Shown here in pieces: positions 38,525-50,309 of a DNA stretch of 64,000 nt (the stretch's first letter is position 1; each line of letters starts with the position of its first letter). The translations under genes and the position numbers were made by a program. Below the pieces are notes generated by a model, which was not told the origin of the DNA, did no database searches, and was given only the letters and a program-made list of their open reading frames with translations. This DNA comes from Eledone cirrhosa (taxonomy: Eukaryota), in the NCBI GenBank assembly GCA_964016885.1, contig OZ024741.1, positions 277,388,001 through 277,452,000 on the forward strand. Reading direction: 5' to 3'.

Positions 38525-39107
38525 TAGGAAAATGTTTGACCCCGACGGAAGAGTTCAAGCCGTTTCGACGGCTATTTCTGGACTAAATTAGAATTTTTAG
38601 CGTGGTAAATAAATAGCCGAACTTTTCAAGTGGTAATTCCTTATATGGGAAGATTGTAGTTGTCAATAGGATTAGTCAAAATTTCTTGTAAACACAATTA
38701 AGTCTTTCATGGCAATGGGTGGGAAGTGGGGAGGCTGAACTTGCCTGTAGAACAATGGGGGAGTGGGTGGAGCCGGTCAAGCGTTGAAAGTGAATTCTAT
38801 ACAGCAAATTCTAAGGATTGTGTATGAAAATAGGCTAGATAGGAAGCAGGCGAAAAGGGATTCTGGAGAAAATAGAGAGGGAGCGTTATAGAATAGGTTA
38901 ATAAATTGAGATTAGAAGATAATAAATAAATTTTTTAAATATATAAAATATAAAATTGGATTGTAAGAAGTGATAAAAAAAAACCTCTAGAGTCTAAAAC
39001 AGCTGGTATATTTAGTTGGTATTGCATTTTCGGCCAAATCTATAATTTTATATATTTTTTATTTATTTAGTATCTTCTAATCTCAATTTATTAACCTATT
39101 CTATAAC
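38525..39107 (-). mobile_element. PLE 3' UTR fragment with complete hammerhead (38539-38634) and a 5' fold-back (38886-38960 / 39034-39107)
   Basis: ACCAC-TTGAAAA-G..CGGCTATTT...AAATAGCCG.C-GAAACGG..CCGTC^GGGGT; (TA)n on both sides. Confidence 0.75.
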
Positions 39108-39113
39108 ATATAC

Positions 39114-39245
<132 letters not shown>

Positions 39246-39729
39246 GAGAGGTATAGAGATTGTTTTAGCAAGAAGCTAACGGCATTCTATAACATATATG
39301 CGACTATAACGTCAAGATGGGAAAAGTAGTTAACGAAAGATTTAGGAAAAATAACTCAAACTCATCTCAAACGAGAATCAGGATATAAATTCAACCACAG
39401 AATTTAGTGAAATCCGGGGAAAAAAAATCTATAGACCTTTAACTCATGATAAAATAAAGTTTGAAACACTTATCCTTCAATTTGGAATAACATCAAATGC
39501 TCTGTATAGTCTTAAAAGACTATTTCATGAAAACTTTCAGTGGAGATGGTCACGGTTGGATTTCATTCATCAGCAGAGCTCAACAGAAAACCAGGGCTCT
39601 CACAGTAATATAATCCGAAAAAGGGAATTCTAAAACTGGCTAGTTCGCCTTCATGTGTAATTATGAAAAAGCACATGAGGAAAAAACGGGGCTAGTGACG
39701 TCAGGATGGAAGTGAATATATATATATAT

Positions 39730-40162
39730 TCAGGTTTGTGGTTCACCACTGTATAGAGCTGGTCTATTCCGTATGGTCAATCGTAATGTAATAATATAGA
39801 GAGTACTCAACGTAAAGCAGTTCAGCCGTCTTTGTTTTTGTAGTTGGTGGTGCTAGTACGGAGTTAAATATTATAATGAAATGACAGGAGGCTGGATTTG
39901 TGTAAATCCTTGAAAGGTTTATTATACTATGATCATTTCAATGACCGGGTTCCGTATGAATCCGGTGATATCATCAGGTATTCGAAATATAATACGGATC
40001 CTCGATTTTCAGCCCCATGGATTTTATCTATTACATTCACGTATTATATTTCGAATACCTGATGATATCACCGGATTCATACGGAACCCGGTCATTGAAA
40101 TGATCATAGTATAATAAACCTTTCAAGGATTTACACAAATCCAGCCTCCTGTCATTTCATTA

Positions 40163-40165
<3 letters not shown>
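39730..40165. mobile_element. Fold-back pLTR palindrome with a complete hammerhead in each arm and a 140-bp tail
   Basis: Arms 39871-39996 / 40040-40165 look identical; ATAC-CTGATGA-[ACCGG..CCGGT]-GAAAT-GATC-ATA^GTAT at 40055-40112. Confidence 0.88.
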
Positions 40166-40258
<93 letters not shown>

Positions 40259-40296
40259 CATACATACATACATACATACATACATACATACATACA

Positions 40297-40329
<33 letters not shown>

Positions 40330-40332
40330 TAG

Positions 40333-40893
40333 GATTGCTGCTTCTTCACAGAATATTGTCGCCTCTTGTTTCTTCATTGTCATCCCATTCGCGTCCATGG
40401 CTTCGTAGATAACAGTTTAAACCAGCTGCAGATCTGCATGAGTTATGACACAGGTGACAAAAGGGATTTGTGTTTTTCATGGGATTAGTGGGTTCATTTT
40501 GTGGGATACAATCTTTATGCACCACCATGTGTTTTATTAGTCCGGAACTTCTTCTACATACTGTGTTGCATATCACGCACGTAGTTTCACCAGATCTTTG
40601 TTGAGTGCTGTTGCAGATGGTTGTTCTTTCATGTGACATCTGGTGATTAACATAACCAGCTTTTGAGAGGTGTACACGTTGACAGACTTCCCATGGTCAA
40701 CTATTGGTATCTTCATCAAGACCGTGAGCACAGCCCTTCCGAAGCTGGCGCTTCAGTTGTTTATGTTCTAGTCGACATTCTTCAAACGTTTTTCAACTAA
40801 CTGCCCTATATGCACTTTCTCCACTCAGTCCTATTTAGAGCTATCTCATCCCATTTATCTATATCAAATGCCAGCTCTTTGAGATTGTTCTTG
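40333..40893 (-). pseudogene. 3' end of an RTE-like LINE with two C2H2-like fingers and a (TATG)n tail
   Basis: KNNLKELAFDIDKWDEIALNRTEWRK..., CVICNTVCRRSSGLIKHMVVH, CHLCHNSCRSAAGL..LRSH. Confidence 0.75.
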
Positions 40894-40916
40894 ATACATA
40901 CATACATACATACATA

Positions 40917-41950
40917 AGCAAAAAATCATGCATGGATATGTTGCCAGGAAGCTCCAGAGTGAGAGTAATATAGATAAGGAAAGTAATTTATCTTGGACCA
41001 ACAACCGCTATATTGGCTCCCACTTTGAAGGATACGCTTTTGCAATCCAAGAACAGGAGATTAACACGAAATACCTGATTCACAAAAGAGATAGGGATGC
41101 AGGCAAAACACCTAGATGTGATAACAAGTGCAGACTCTGCAGAACTAACATCGAGGATATCACCCATATCATTAGCAGCTGTCCAAAGATGTCATCGCGG
41201 TACTATCTATCTATGAGGCATGATGTAGTGGCCAAAACACTGTACAATGCAGTTCGTAAAAAAGATAGCCCCGATAATAAACACATTAAAAGCTACAGCA
41301 ATGTGGAAGACATCCACGTACAGAATATGAAAGAGTACTGGTGGAATGTTCCAGTAAAAACCCCAATAAAATGCAGGCATAACAGACCAGATATTATGAT
41401 ATGGGACAGGGAGAAGAAAGCATACACAGTAGTGGAAATTAGCTGCCCAGCAGATTCCAATATAATATCAAAGATTAGCGAAAAGGAGAATATTTATGCA
41501 GAACTGATGAGAAATCTGCAGATACTCCACCCTGATTACACCTTCAGATTTATGCCTGTGATTATTGGGGCACTGGGATATGTTAGTAACTGCCTCAATA
41601 CAAATCTTGAGAAGCTAGTCTTCACAGGAACAGAAAGAACACAACTAGTTAGGAAATTACAAGTACAATCCATTAATGGAACAGTAAAAATATGTAAAAC
41701 ATTTCAAAAATGTTGCTTCTAATAACTGCATATACACATGTACAGATACAAAGCATATACACATGCGCACATACAACTCAAAACATCCACATCCACACAT
41801 ACAATAACATCCATATCTACACATGCATGCATGCCTACATAATCAACCTAGTTGATGTTGTGTAAATTCCAATGAGAGAGTCTTGTGTCTATGTTAGAAA
41901 CCGACTCTCTCTCTATTGGGAAAAAATTTGTGAAATTATAAAACCAGAAC
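40917..41950 (+). mobile_element. 5'-truncated R4/Dong-like non-LTR element (CCHC plus restriction-like endonuclease, ORF ends 41722)
   Basis: AIQEQEI.T, CRLC...EDITHIISSC, RHDVVAK, HNRPDIMIWD..VVEISCP, K...Y, PVIIGALG; (ATAC)n on both sides. Confidence 0.88.
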
Positions 41951-42979
41951 ATACATACATACATACATACATACATACATACATACATACATACATACAT
42001 ACATACATGATGGCTGCAAACTCTGCTAAAAGTACTGTAATCGCTTGTCAGGTTATAGAGTTTGATGCACTTTTAGGCTACAGCCTGTCACACAAACCTG
42101 TAACAGACCCTGAACAAACAATGCCTGTGCTTTAAAGGTATTTTAAGTGGGGAAAGGCCTTGCACTCGACCAATCCCACTCTCTGAGCATCGAAAACACT
42201 ACTCGAAAAGGAGAACTGGTCAACATCATCGGATGCTTCCGAAGCCGCAGGGTTTTTTTTTTCAGAGTTTCCCTCTCTTAGAATGGTGTTGTAACAACAA
42301 CTGGGGGCCTTTCACTCCCAGGTGGAAAAAAAGTACTATTTGGATGGCCGTTGACTCTGCTGAGTTCCTCTTCCCTTCACATACATACATACATACATAC
42401 ATACATACATAGACGGGGAAGGTATTGTGATTTAATTTCTAAATTTATTTCCCGATTCACATTGCAATTTACATAGTTCTTCTGAGTGCGCTTTTTGCTT
42501 TTGGAACAGCAATTTTCTTTCTCAAATTCACTCAACACAGGCCTTATAAATGTTAAATAAAGTTCTTTAGGGACATCTGAGTACATAGCATGAAGAGGAC
42601 ATTTCGAAATGTAAGTTTGATTCATCCTACTGCTTAATTGTTTTTGTTTTGCGCAGCTACTTCTTGCTACCCCCCCCCCCCCCTTGTGGCTGAAAAGGGA
42701 AATTATTTTCACCCGTTCTTAACAATCGTTGATTAAGTTATATATTTCCATGTAAGATTCTCATCTTGTTGAAAGTTTCTCTTAAAGGGTCGTCAATGTT
42801 AGAAGCTAAGATCTGCAGCATCAAGGGAATGTGCTGGAAATAGTAGAGAGTGGCAAATGGATTTTATGTGAATCCAGTTTAGATTAATATAATTTTGTTA
42901 ACGTGTAGAGAAAAATCTTAACGCCACAAACGTTTGAAGCTCCGTCATTTGCAGCAGTTTTTAACATAAATTCTCCCAT

Positions 42980-43750
42980 TAGGATGGTGAACTGGCAGAA
43001 TTGGTAGAACATTGGATGTAATGCCATTGTGGTATTTGTTCGGGTTCGTTACACTCTGAAATCATATCCCGGCTAGAGTTGACTTTGGGATAAATTTTCC
43101 AAATTCATTACTATATATATATATATATATATATATAGATATATATATATATATATAAAAATATATATATATATAATATATATATATATATATAAAATAA
43201 AGTACCTATAAGGTACTGGGGTCAATTTAAACAACTTTGCACTCTTCCCTTCAAATTATTGGCCTTGTACCTAAATCAGAAACCATTATATAATTCTATT
43301 AACGTGCAGAGAAAATTCTTAACGTCTATTGCAGCAGTTTTTAATATTATAGTGGTGGAAGGACGGGGGATTGGCAATATCGGTAAAGCGTCGGTCAGCA
43401 TACTTTGCAGCATAGAGTTATGTTCTGAGTTCAAATCCCACCGAGGTTTAGCTTGCCTTTTCATCCTTACGGGGGTCGATAAAATAAAGTGCCAGTAACG
43501 CACAATGGTCAATTTAATCGACTTTTCCCACCTCCCTTCAAATTGTTGACCTTGTTCCTAAAACATAAGCCAGTATTAGGGTGGTGGACTGGCAGTATTT
43601 GTTCTGGCTCTTTATATTCAAAGTCGACTTTGCCTTTTAACCCTCCGGAGTCGATAAAACAATGTACCAATTAATTACTGGCGTTGATTTAATCAATCTG
43701 CCCTTCCCCTAAATTTGCTAGGCCTGTGCCTAAATTAAAAATCAATATTA
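42980..43750 (+). mobile_element. Cluster of diverged SINE copies
   Basis: Family A/B boxes and central domain; short local duplication 42899-42968 / 43299-43348. Confidence 0.7.
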
Positions 43751-44399
43751 ATTCTCCATCACTTTTCTCTACTTCATGTAACACTTCAGCATTCATGAAT
43801 TAATCCGAGAAACTCTGGTAGAATTTTATATTGTTTGTTTTATTCATTTTTGTAATATTTAACACACACATTCATGTACATATACATGTACACACTCACA
43901 CGCACACATACATGCATACACACACACACACTCCCACATACATACATACGTGCACACATACACACACACGCACTCACACACGCACACATACATGCACACA
44001 CACACATATACACGTGCACATGCACACACGCACACACGCACACACAGATACTCACGCGCACTTACACACACATGCACACACATACACGCACACATACTCA
44101 CATTCACACATGCGCACCCACTCATACACACACCCATACACACACACATACACTGACACACATACCCATACACATACCCATACACATACACACACGCGCG
44201 CATACATACAAACAAACATGCTTTTCACCAGTAATATCAGTTTATACTGGAAAACTGGATATTATTTATATTTTCTATTTGTTCTTTCGGAAAAGAAGGA
44301 GCAATATCATTGTTTTTTATAAATGCCGTGAATGTTGTCCTGTAGTTTCAGATTACCTGTAAATGCTGATGAAGAAATGTCTTTATCAATAACTGACAT

Positions 44400-44620
44400 A
44401 AGGGTGGTGGGTTGGCAATATCGGTAGAGAGCCAGACACCATGCTTTGCAGCATAGAGTCACGGCCCTTTACGGTATGAGTTCAAATCCCGCCGAGATTA
44501 ACTTTGCCTTTCATCCTTACAGGATCGATAAAATAAAGCACCAGTAATGTATTGGGATCGATTTAATCGACTTTCCCCTCCCCCCAAAATTACTGGTCTT
44601 GTGCCTATACAAGAAATCAT
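44400..44620 (+). mobile_element. Full-length SINE with TSD AATAACTGACAT
   Basis: Family motifs with flanking duplication. Confidence 0.85.
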
Positions 44621-44721
44621 TAATAACTGACATGTGTGTGTTTACGTATGTATGTGTATGTGTGTATATGTGTGTGTGTCTGTGTGTGTGTATGTGTTTG
44701 TGTGTTTTAGATATTATAAAC

Positions 44722-44883
44722 CAGACATGGGTAATCTTTTTCAAGCAGTGGACCGCATCGGATGTGGCTCATCATAAGTTGGGCCTACTAAAAGGAATTC
44801 AAGGCAATTTTGAAATTAGGTGTGCCATTCGAAGAGTCAAACGGTCCGCATGCGACACACAGGCCGCAGTTTGCCCATGACTG
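44722..44883. mobile_element. hAT (Charlie-like) MITE
   Basis: TIRs CAGACATGGGTAA / TTTGCCCATGACTG; perfect 8-bp TSD TTATAAAC. Confidence 0.85.
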
Positions 44884-46087
44884 TTATAAACACTCGCATG
44901 GCAAACTACGAATGTCGCAAACTGTAATTGAAGTTTTGCTATTTTGCTTCTGTAAAATAAAATTGTTTCGATAGTTTATCGCTAATTTAAACGTGTCATA
45001 GCGCTATTTCAAGTTTTTGTTTTGCTGAAGAATCATGCTTTGCTTAATCTGTTGTGTGACCTCGTATTCCAGCATTGCACACTTTACATAAAACTTCTTA
45101 ACTATCGTGTTTTATTTCTCTCGTCCAATTTGAACATTGAGAATTCGTTAGCCAATATTTTGGCAGTATTTTATCATAGTTTCGCCGTTTGTTCCTTGTC
45201 TGTTGTGTACACTATTCGAATAATGAAGATTTTTGTTTTTAAAATATTTAGTTTGACAGTCTTCCACCACGGGACAGCGTAATTGTTGCTAATAACTCCC
45301 GGTTCACTTTCTAATATCATGCTAGAAACAGCAGCCAAATATTCCCTAATCACCACCCTGCAATTGTATATAAAGAGGAATACACTGAGATCACTGTCTA
45401 CTGTCTTTAAGATAGTATTCACCTTATCATCATATATTTATTAAAAACACCTTTCCCACTACCACTGATGAAGGTTATCCCTAGAGCCCAAATGTTACCA
45501 AACTTTGCTACCAACAGTACCTGTCTGTCAGTATTTCAATCCTAGATTCAATCATTCTGTAACACATGTGACTGTCATTGCAATATATCAATTATGGGTC
45601 GATAAAATAAGATACCAGTAAAATGCTGAGGTCGATTTATTCGACTTTCCTCTCCCCTTCAAATTGCTAGCTTTGTTTTAAATGACGTAACAATTATTTA
45701 TAATTAACAAATATTTACGATTTGTTAACAGAGAGGTTAGAATGCCGGGTAGAATGTTATGCGGTATTTGTTCTGGCTGCAAGGTCAACTTTGGTCTGGT
45801 ATGGTCTCGTAATTCATGATAGAATCGTAGACGCATCATCATAAGGCGTTTATTGAGCACTTTAGCCTGGCAGAGCCCATCCTCCTCCAAGTCTGAATAC
45901 AGCAGATTTCTTCCAGAAACGGAGGGGAAGTAAGAAAGAGGTATAGAGGAAGAATCGACCCCAGTATTAGACTGGTACTTTATATTTCATCATTTTGAGG
46001 TCGACAAAAAAAATGTACCACCACTCCAGTACAGGGTGATGTGTTGTCAGAACTGGTAGAACGTTAAATAAAGTAACAGCGATAGCG

Positions 46088-46543
<456 letters not shown>

Positions 46544-47419
46544 TATATATATAAGCTTCATGCATCAGTGGAAGTGGGAAAGGTGTTTTTAATAAATATA
46601 TGATGATAAGGTGAATACTATCTTAAAGACAGTAGACAGTGATCTCAAATATATAAGTACCGTGAATTTTGTTCTATGCGGTCTCAAATCAGCTACAATT
46701 GATGATGAAGGAATTCCTTTATTAATGAGATCGAAGGGCGTTGGAATGGTTAGATTCACGTCGGACAAATGAGTAGCAACATTTTTCCAGTTCTTTACGT
46801 TGAGAGTTCAAGTGTCGCACAGGTCAACTTTGACATTCATCATTCCTGGGTTGATAAACTAAAGAATTATTTAAGTACTGGGGTCGATTTAATCGGCTTT
46901 CCTCTACCCCCAAAATTGCTGGCCTTGTGACTAAATTAGAAATCATTAATTCCTGCATGCTTGGTCCAGTAACTTCTGAGGAAGTTGTAGGGGCACCGTT
47001 TCTAGAGCATTTTAAAATCTGGTGGAACCCAATCTTCAACAGATAGAGAGGGGATAGAGAAAGAGATATAGAGGAAGAATCGACCCCAGTTACTTGATTG
47101 ATACTTTCTTATTGACCTCGAATGGATGAAAGGTAAAGTTGACCTCGGCAGGATTTGAACTCAGAGAGTAGAGAGCCAAAACGAATACCGCAACGCCCTC
47201 TATCCAACGTTCTAGTGACTCTATCAATACGCCGCCTCAAGTCATTAAGTTCTCCTAAAAGATAAATATTTAAGAATATTTCAAAGCATATTTTATTTAG
47301 GTCCTCTCTAAATTTTACAGTTTGACCAAAAATGTAACTTATATGTAACAAATATGTAACAAATAAAATCGTTAGTAAATTCTTCTAAAATATATATATG
47401 TATTTCAGAATGTGGTAAG

Positions 47420-47660
47420 TAGGCGCATAGCCTAGGGGCTTGGGTGTTAGGCTTATGATCTTAATGTAATGGGTTCTATTCCTGAACAGGGTACCGCGTT
47501 GTGTTCTGGAGCAAAACACTTCATTTCACGTTACTGTTGTAAACTCAGCTGATACGAGTACGAGTATTAACTGGGAGTTAACCTGTGTTCTGTCCGGGGA
47601 AAAGTCTTGTATTCTCAGTCACTTAATGCCAAAGAAACTGGGATAAATATCTCTAGGCTT
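47420..47660 (+). mobile_element. Diverged tRNA-headed CORE-like SINE
   Basis: GGCGCATAGCCTAG A box, GGTTCTATTCC B box, GTTGTGTTCTGGAGCAAAACACTT core-like segment. Confidence 0.55.
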
Positions 47661-48934
47661 GAGACAGAAAAAAAGTCCTGTCAAATCAATCGGAGGCAGT
47701 AGTTCCAGCTGCACGCATCGAAAGACTGGTGTAGGGGTTCTAGAAACAATGCGGCTTTGCAGATGATCAATGCAAATTGACAATGGAAAAGCGCTCCCGC
47801 TCGAGTTACAAGAGAACTATTGACCTTCAGGAGAAGCATCGACCCCTGATTGTATTCAGTAACCGAAACAAATATGAAGTACACCAAATCCAATGCTCCT
47901 TGGGGCGGCCCTGGTTCTTCTTACTTGCGAATGTAAACTCGGCCAGATTAGATTAGATTAGATTGAGACAGAATTTAACAAGTAAATTTGATTTGGTTTC
48001 TCTCTAAATTTTATGGATTGATCAAATAAAATAGCGGAGCGTAACCCGGATTTTTTAAAAAAGTAACCCAAATTTTTATTTTTTTCTTAATGTATCGTGC
48101 ACTCCCTGAATAAAAAGAAATAGCGTAATCCGTTACTTGTAGCCCGATCTGGCAATCCTGATATTGATCTGCAGTTGACGTCACTAATAATTTTGTTTAA
48201 AATCATATAGGTCACATGTCGATCTCATTTGTCGATCCCCAAACACCTCCCAGCTACCCTCAATACCACCATCACCCCACCCCACTCCCCTACTACCTCA
48301 TCTTTATACAACTATCAATCTGAGACCTTGTGCTTATGTATGGTGATCGAATGTCATCCTGGAAAAAAAAACGATCATTTCACATCTATATCCAATTGCA
48401 ACACATTTGACTTACTGCTGTTTCTTTCTTTGTTTCTTTGTTGTTGTTGTTGTTGTTGTTGGGTTTTTTTGTCATTCTATTCTTCCGTAGTTATATATAT
48501 TAACCTGGCATTCGCTTACATACACCGCTTGTTGCTGTTGTTGTTGTTACTGATGATGTTGTTGTTATTGTTGTTGTTATTTAATCTCATTTCAACCCGG
48601 ATCCAGTAGACCAATGATCAAAAGACGGCGTCATTCCATCTAGATTTCTAGATTGTGATTTGAGGAAGATTTGACTCTTATTTCTAGCACACCAAACGAC
48701 GACCTCCTATAGACTCCTTCGTTGTTATTGTTGTTGTCATTTAGTCTTATTCCAACCCGGATTCAGTCGACCAATGATCACAGTCCTACAACATTCCGTC
48801 AAATGAACTATATCATCTAACGTGTCTTTGTTTCTCTTTCTAAGACAAAAGGATCGTGTTTTGAGGATGATTTCGCTACTTTCTCTAGCATATCGAACAA
48901 CTTGGTATAGACTCCATCGTTGCTGCTGTTGTTA

Positions 48935-49560
48935 TTTGGCAGTGTCGGTAGAGCGTCGGCAACATGCTTTGTGGTACATAGTTACGGCCCTTTGCGTTCT
49001 GACTTTAAATACTCATCGAGGATAGCTTTGCCTTTCATCCTTACGCGGTCAATAAAATACGGTACCAGTAACGCTCTGAGGTTGATTTAATCGACTTTCC
49101 CTTCTCTCCAAAAAGCATTGGACTTGGGCCGAAATCAGAAACCATTATGAGAAAGTTAAGAGCGGTGGATTGGCAGAATCGGTAGAGCGTCAGACGACAT
49201 GCCTTGCGACATAGAGTCACAGCCTATCCGTTCTAAGCTCAAATCCCGGCGAGGTTAGATTTGCCTTTCATCCTGATGGACGCCATAGAATAAAGTACCA
49301 GTAATGCACTGCGGTTGAATTTATCGACTTTCTCCTTCTCCCCAAAATTGTTGGCATTGTGTCTACATCAGAAATCATTGGCAGTATCGGTAGCGGGTCG
49401 GACGCCATGCTTTCCAGCATAGTTACGTCCCTTTACAGTCTGAGTTCAAATCCCGCCGAGGTTAACTTTGCCTTTCATCCTTAAGGGCTCGATAAAATAA
49501 AGTACCAGTAATGCACTGGGGTAATTGCTGGCCTTGTGCCAAAAGTAGAAACAATTATTA
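48935..49560 (+). mobile_element. Three tandem SINE copies
   Basis: Family motifs starting near 48935, 49160 and 49376. Confidence 0.85.
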
Positions 49561-49651
49561 GGCAGTTAATACTAAATGTCGTTTTGGGTTCAAAATTGTG
49601 CCGCTGTACGTCACTGTTAGGAAGAGATATTACGTAAGATTCACATTAAAT

Positions 49652-49809
49652 CAGGGGTTTCAAACTGCGAGTCCCAATCCATTATTAGGTCGCAAAATAT
49701 ATAAAAGGAGTCGCAACATTAAGAAAAGAAATCTACAAAAATGGGCCACAATATAAAATGCAGCTTTTGATGTGGGTTACAGTTAAAGAAAGAAATTAGA
49801 AAAACGCTG
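49652..49809. mobile_element. Old hAT-type MITE
   Basis: CAGGGGTTTCAAACT ... ATTAGAAAAACGCTG; imperfect 8-bp TSD CATTAAAT/CATTGGAT. Confidence 0.55.
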
Positions 49810-50309
49810 CATTGGATGATACGGTTTCGCGTGGAAGATTGTTTAACAGTATTAGTTATAGAGGTTATCGAGATACGAGTGACATAATAATTATTTCAAC
49901 AGCAGAAATTAGAGATGAATTATACGTTTATTTTTTGATGTAGCACAAACAATGGTGTTGTACAGAGGCTGGTTTCTTGCGTGTGATCAGTCGGCTTTTC
50001 AGTGGCTGTCTGTCTTTTCTTTCTGGCGTTCCTAACCGGCGTTGTTCTATCAAGGAGCGTGAGGCGTCTTACTATAGTACCTCGAGCCAGATTTTCAAAT
50101 TATCGAAAATCGATGTCATTACTCACATGTGGAGTAAGATGGCGAACAATGCAACAAGGGGGAGCTATCCGCTCTAGCAAAAATTGAATCCAGAATAAGG
50201 ATTTGAAAAATGTTAAAAAAAAAACGACATGCATGCATAAAAAAAACAAGGCAAAGAAAAAGCAGAAACACAGAGGCAAAAAAAAGGTGCAGCTAACATA
50301 GTCTAAATA

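Noticed and set aside
42477-42616. Exon encoding a hydrophobic segment, or an MKRTFRN start exon with a GTAAGT donor
   Set aside because: Stops in the frames read through from the candidate acceptors and no linkable partner exon; too weak to call.
45463-45510. Hammerhead at CACTGATGAAGGTT
   Set aside because: No intact GAAA, stem III or cleavage triplet downstream.
47681-47935. Coding exon
   Set aside because: Only a short GRPK..W motif on the minus strand, suggesting a decayed LINE end; no supportable frame.
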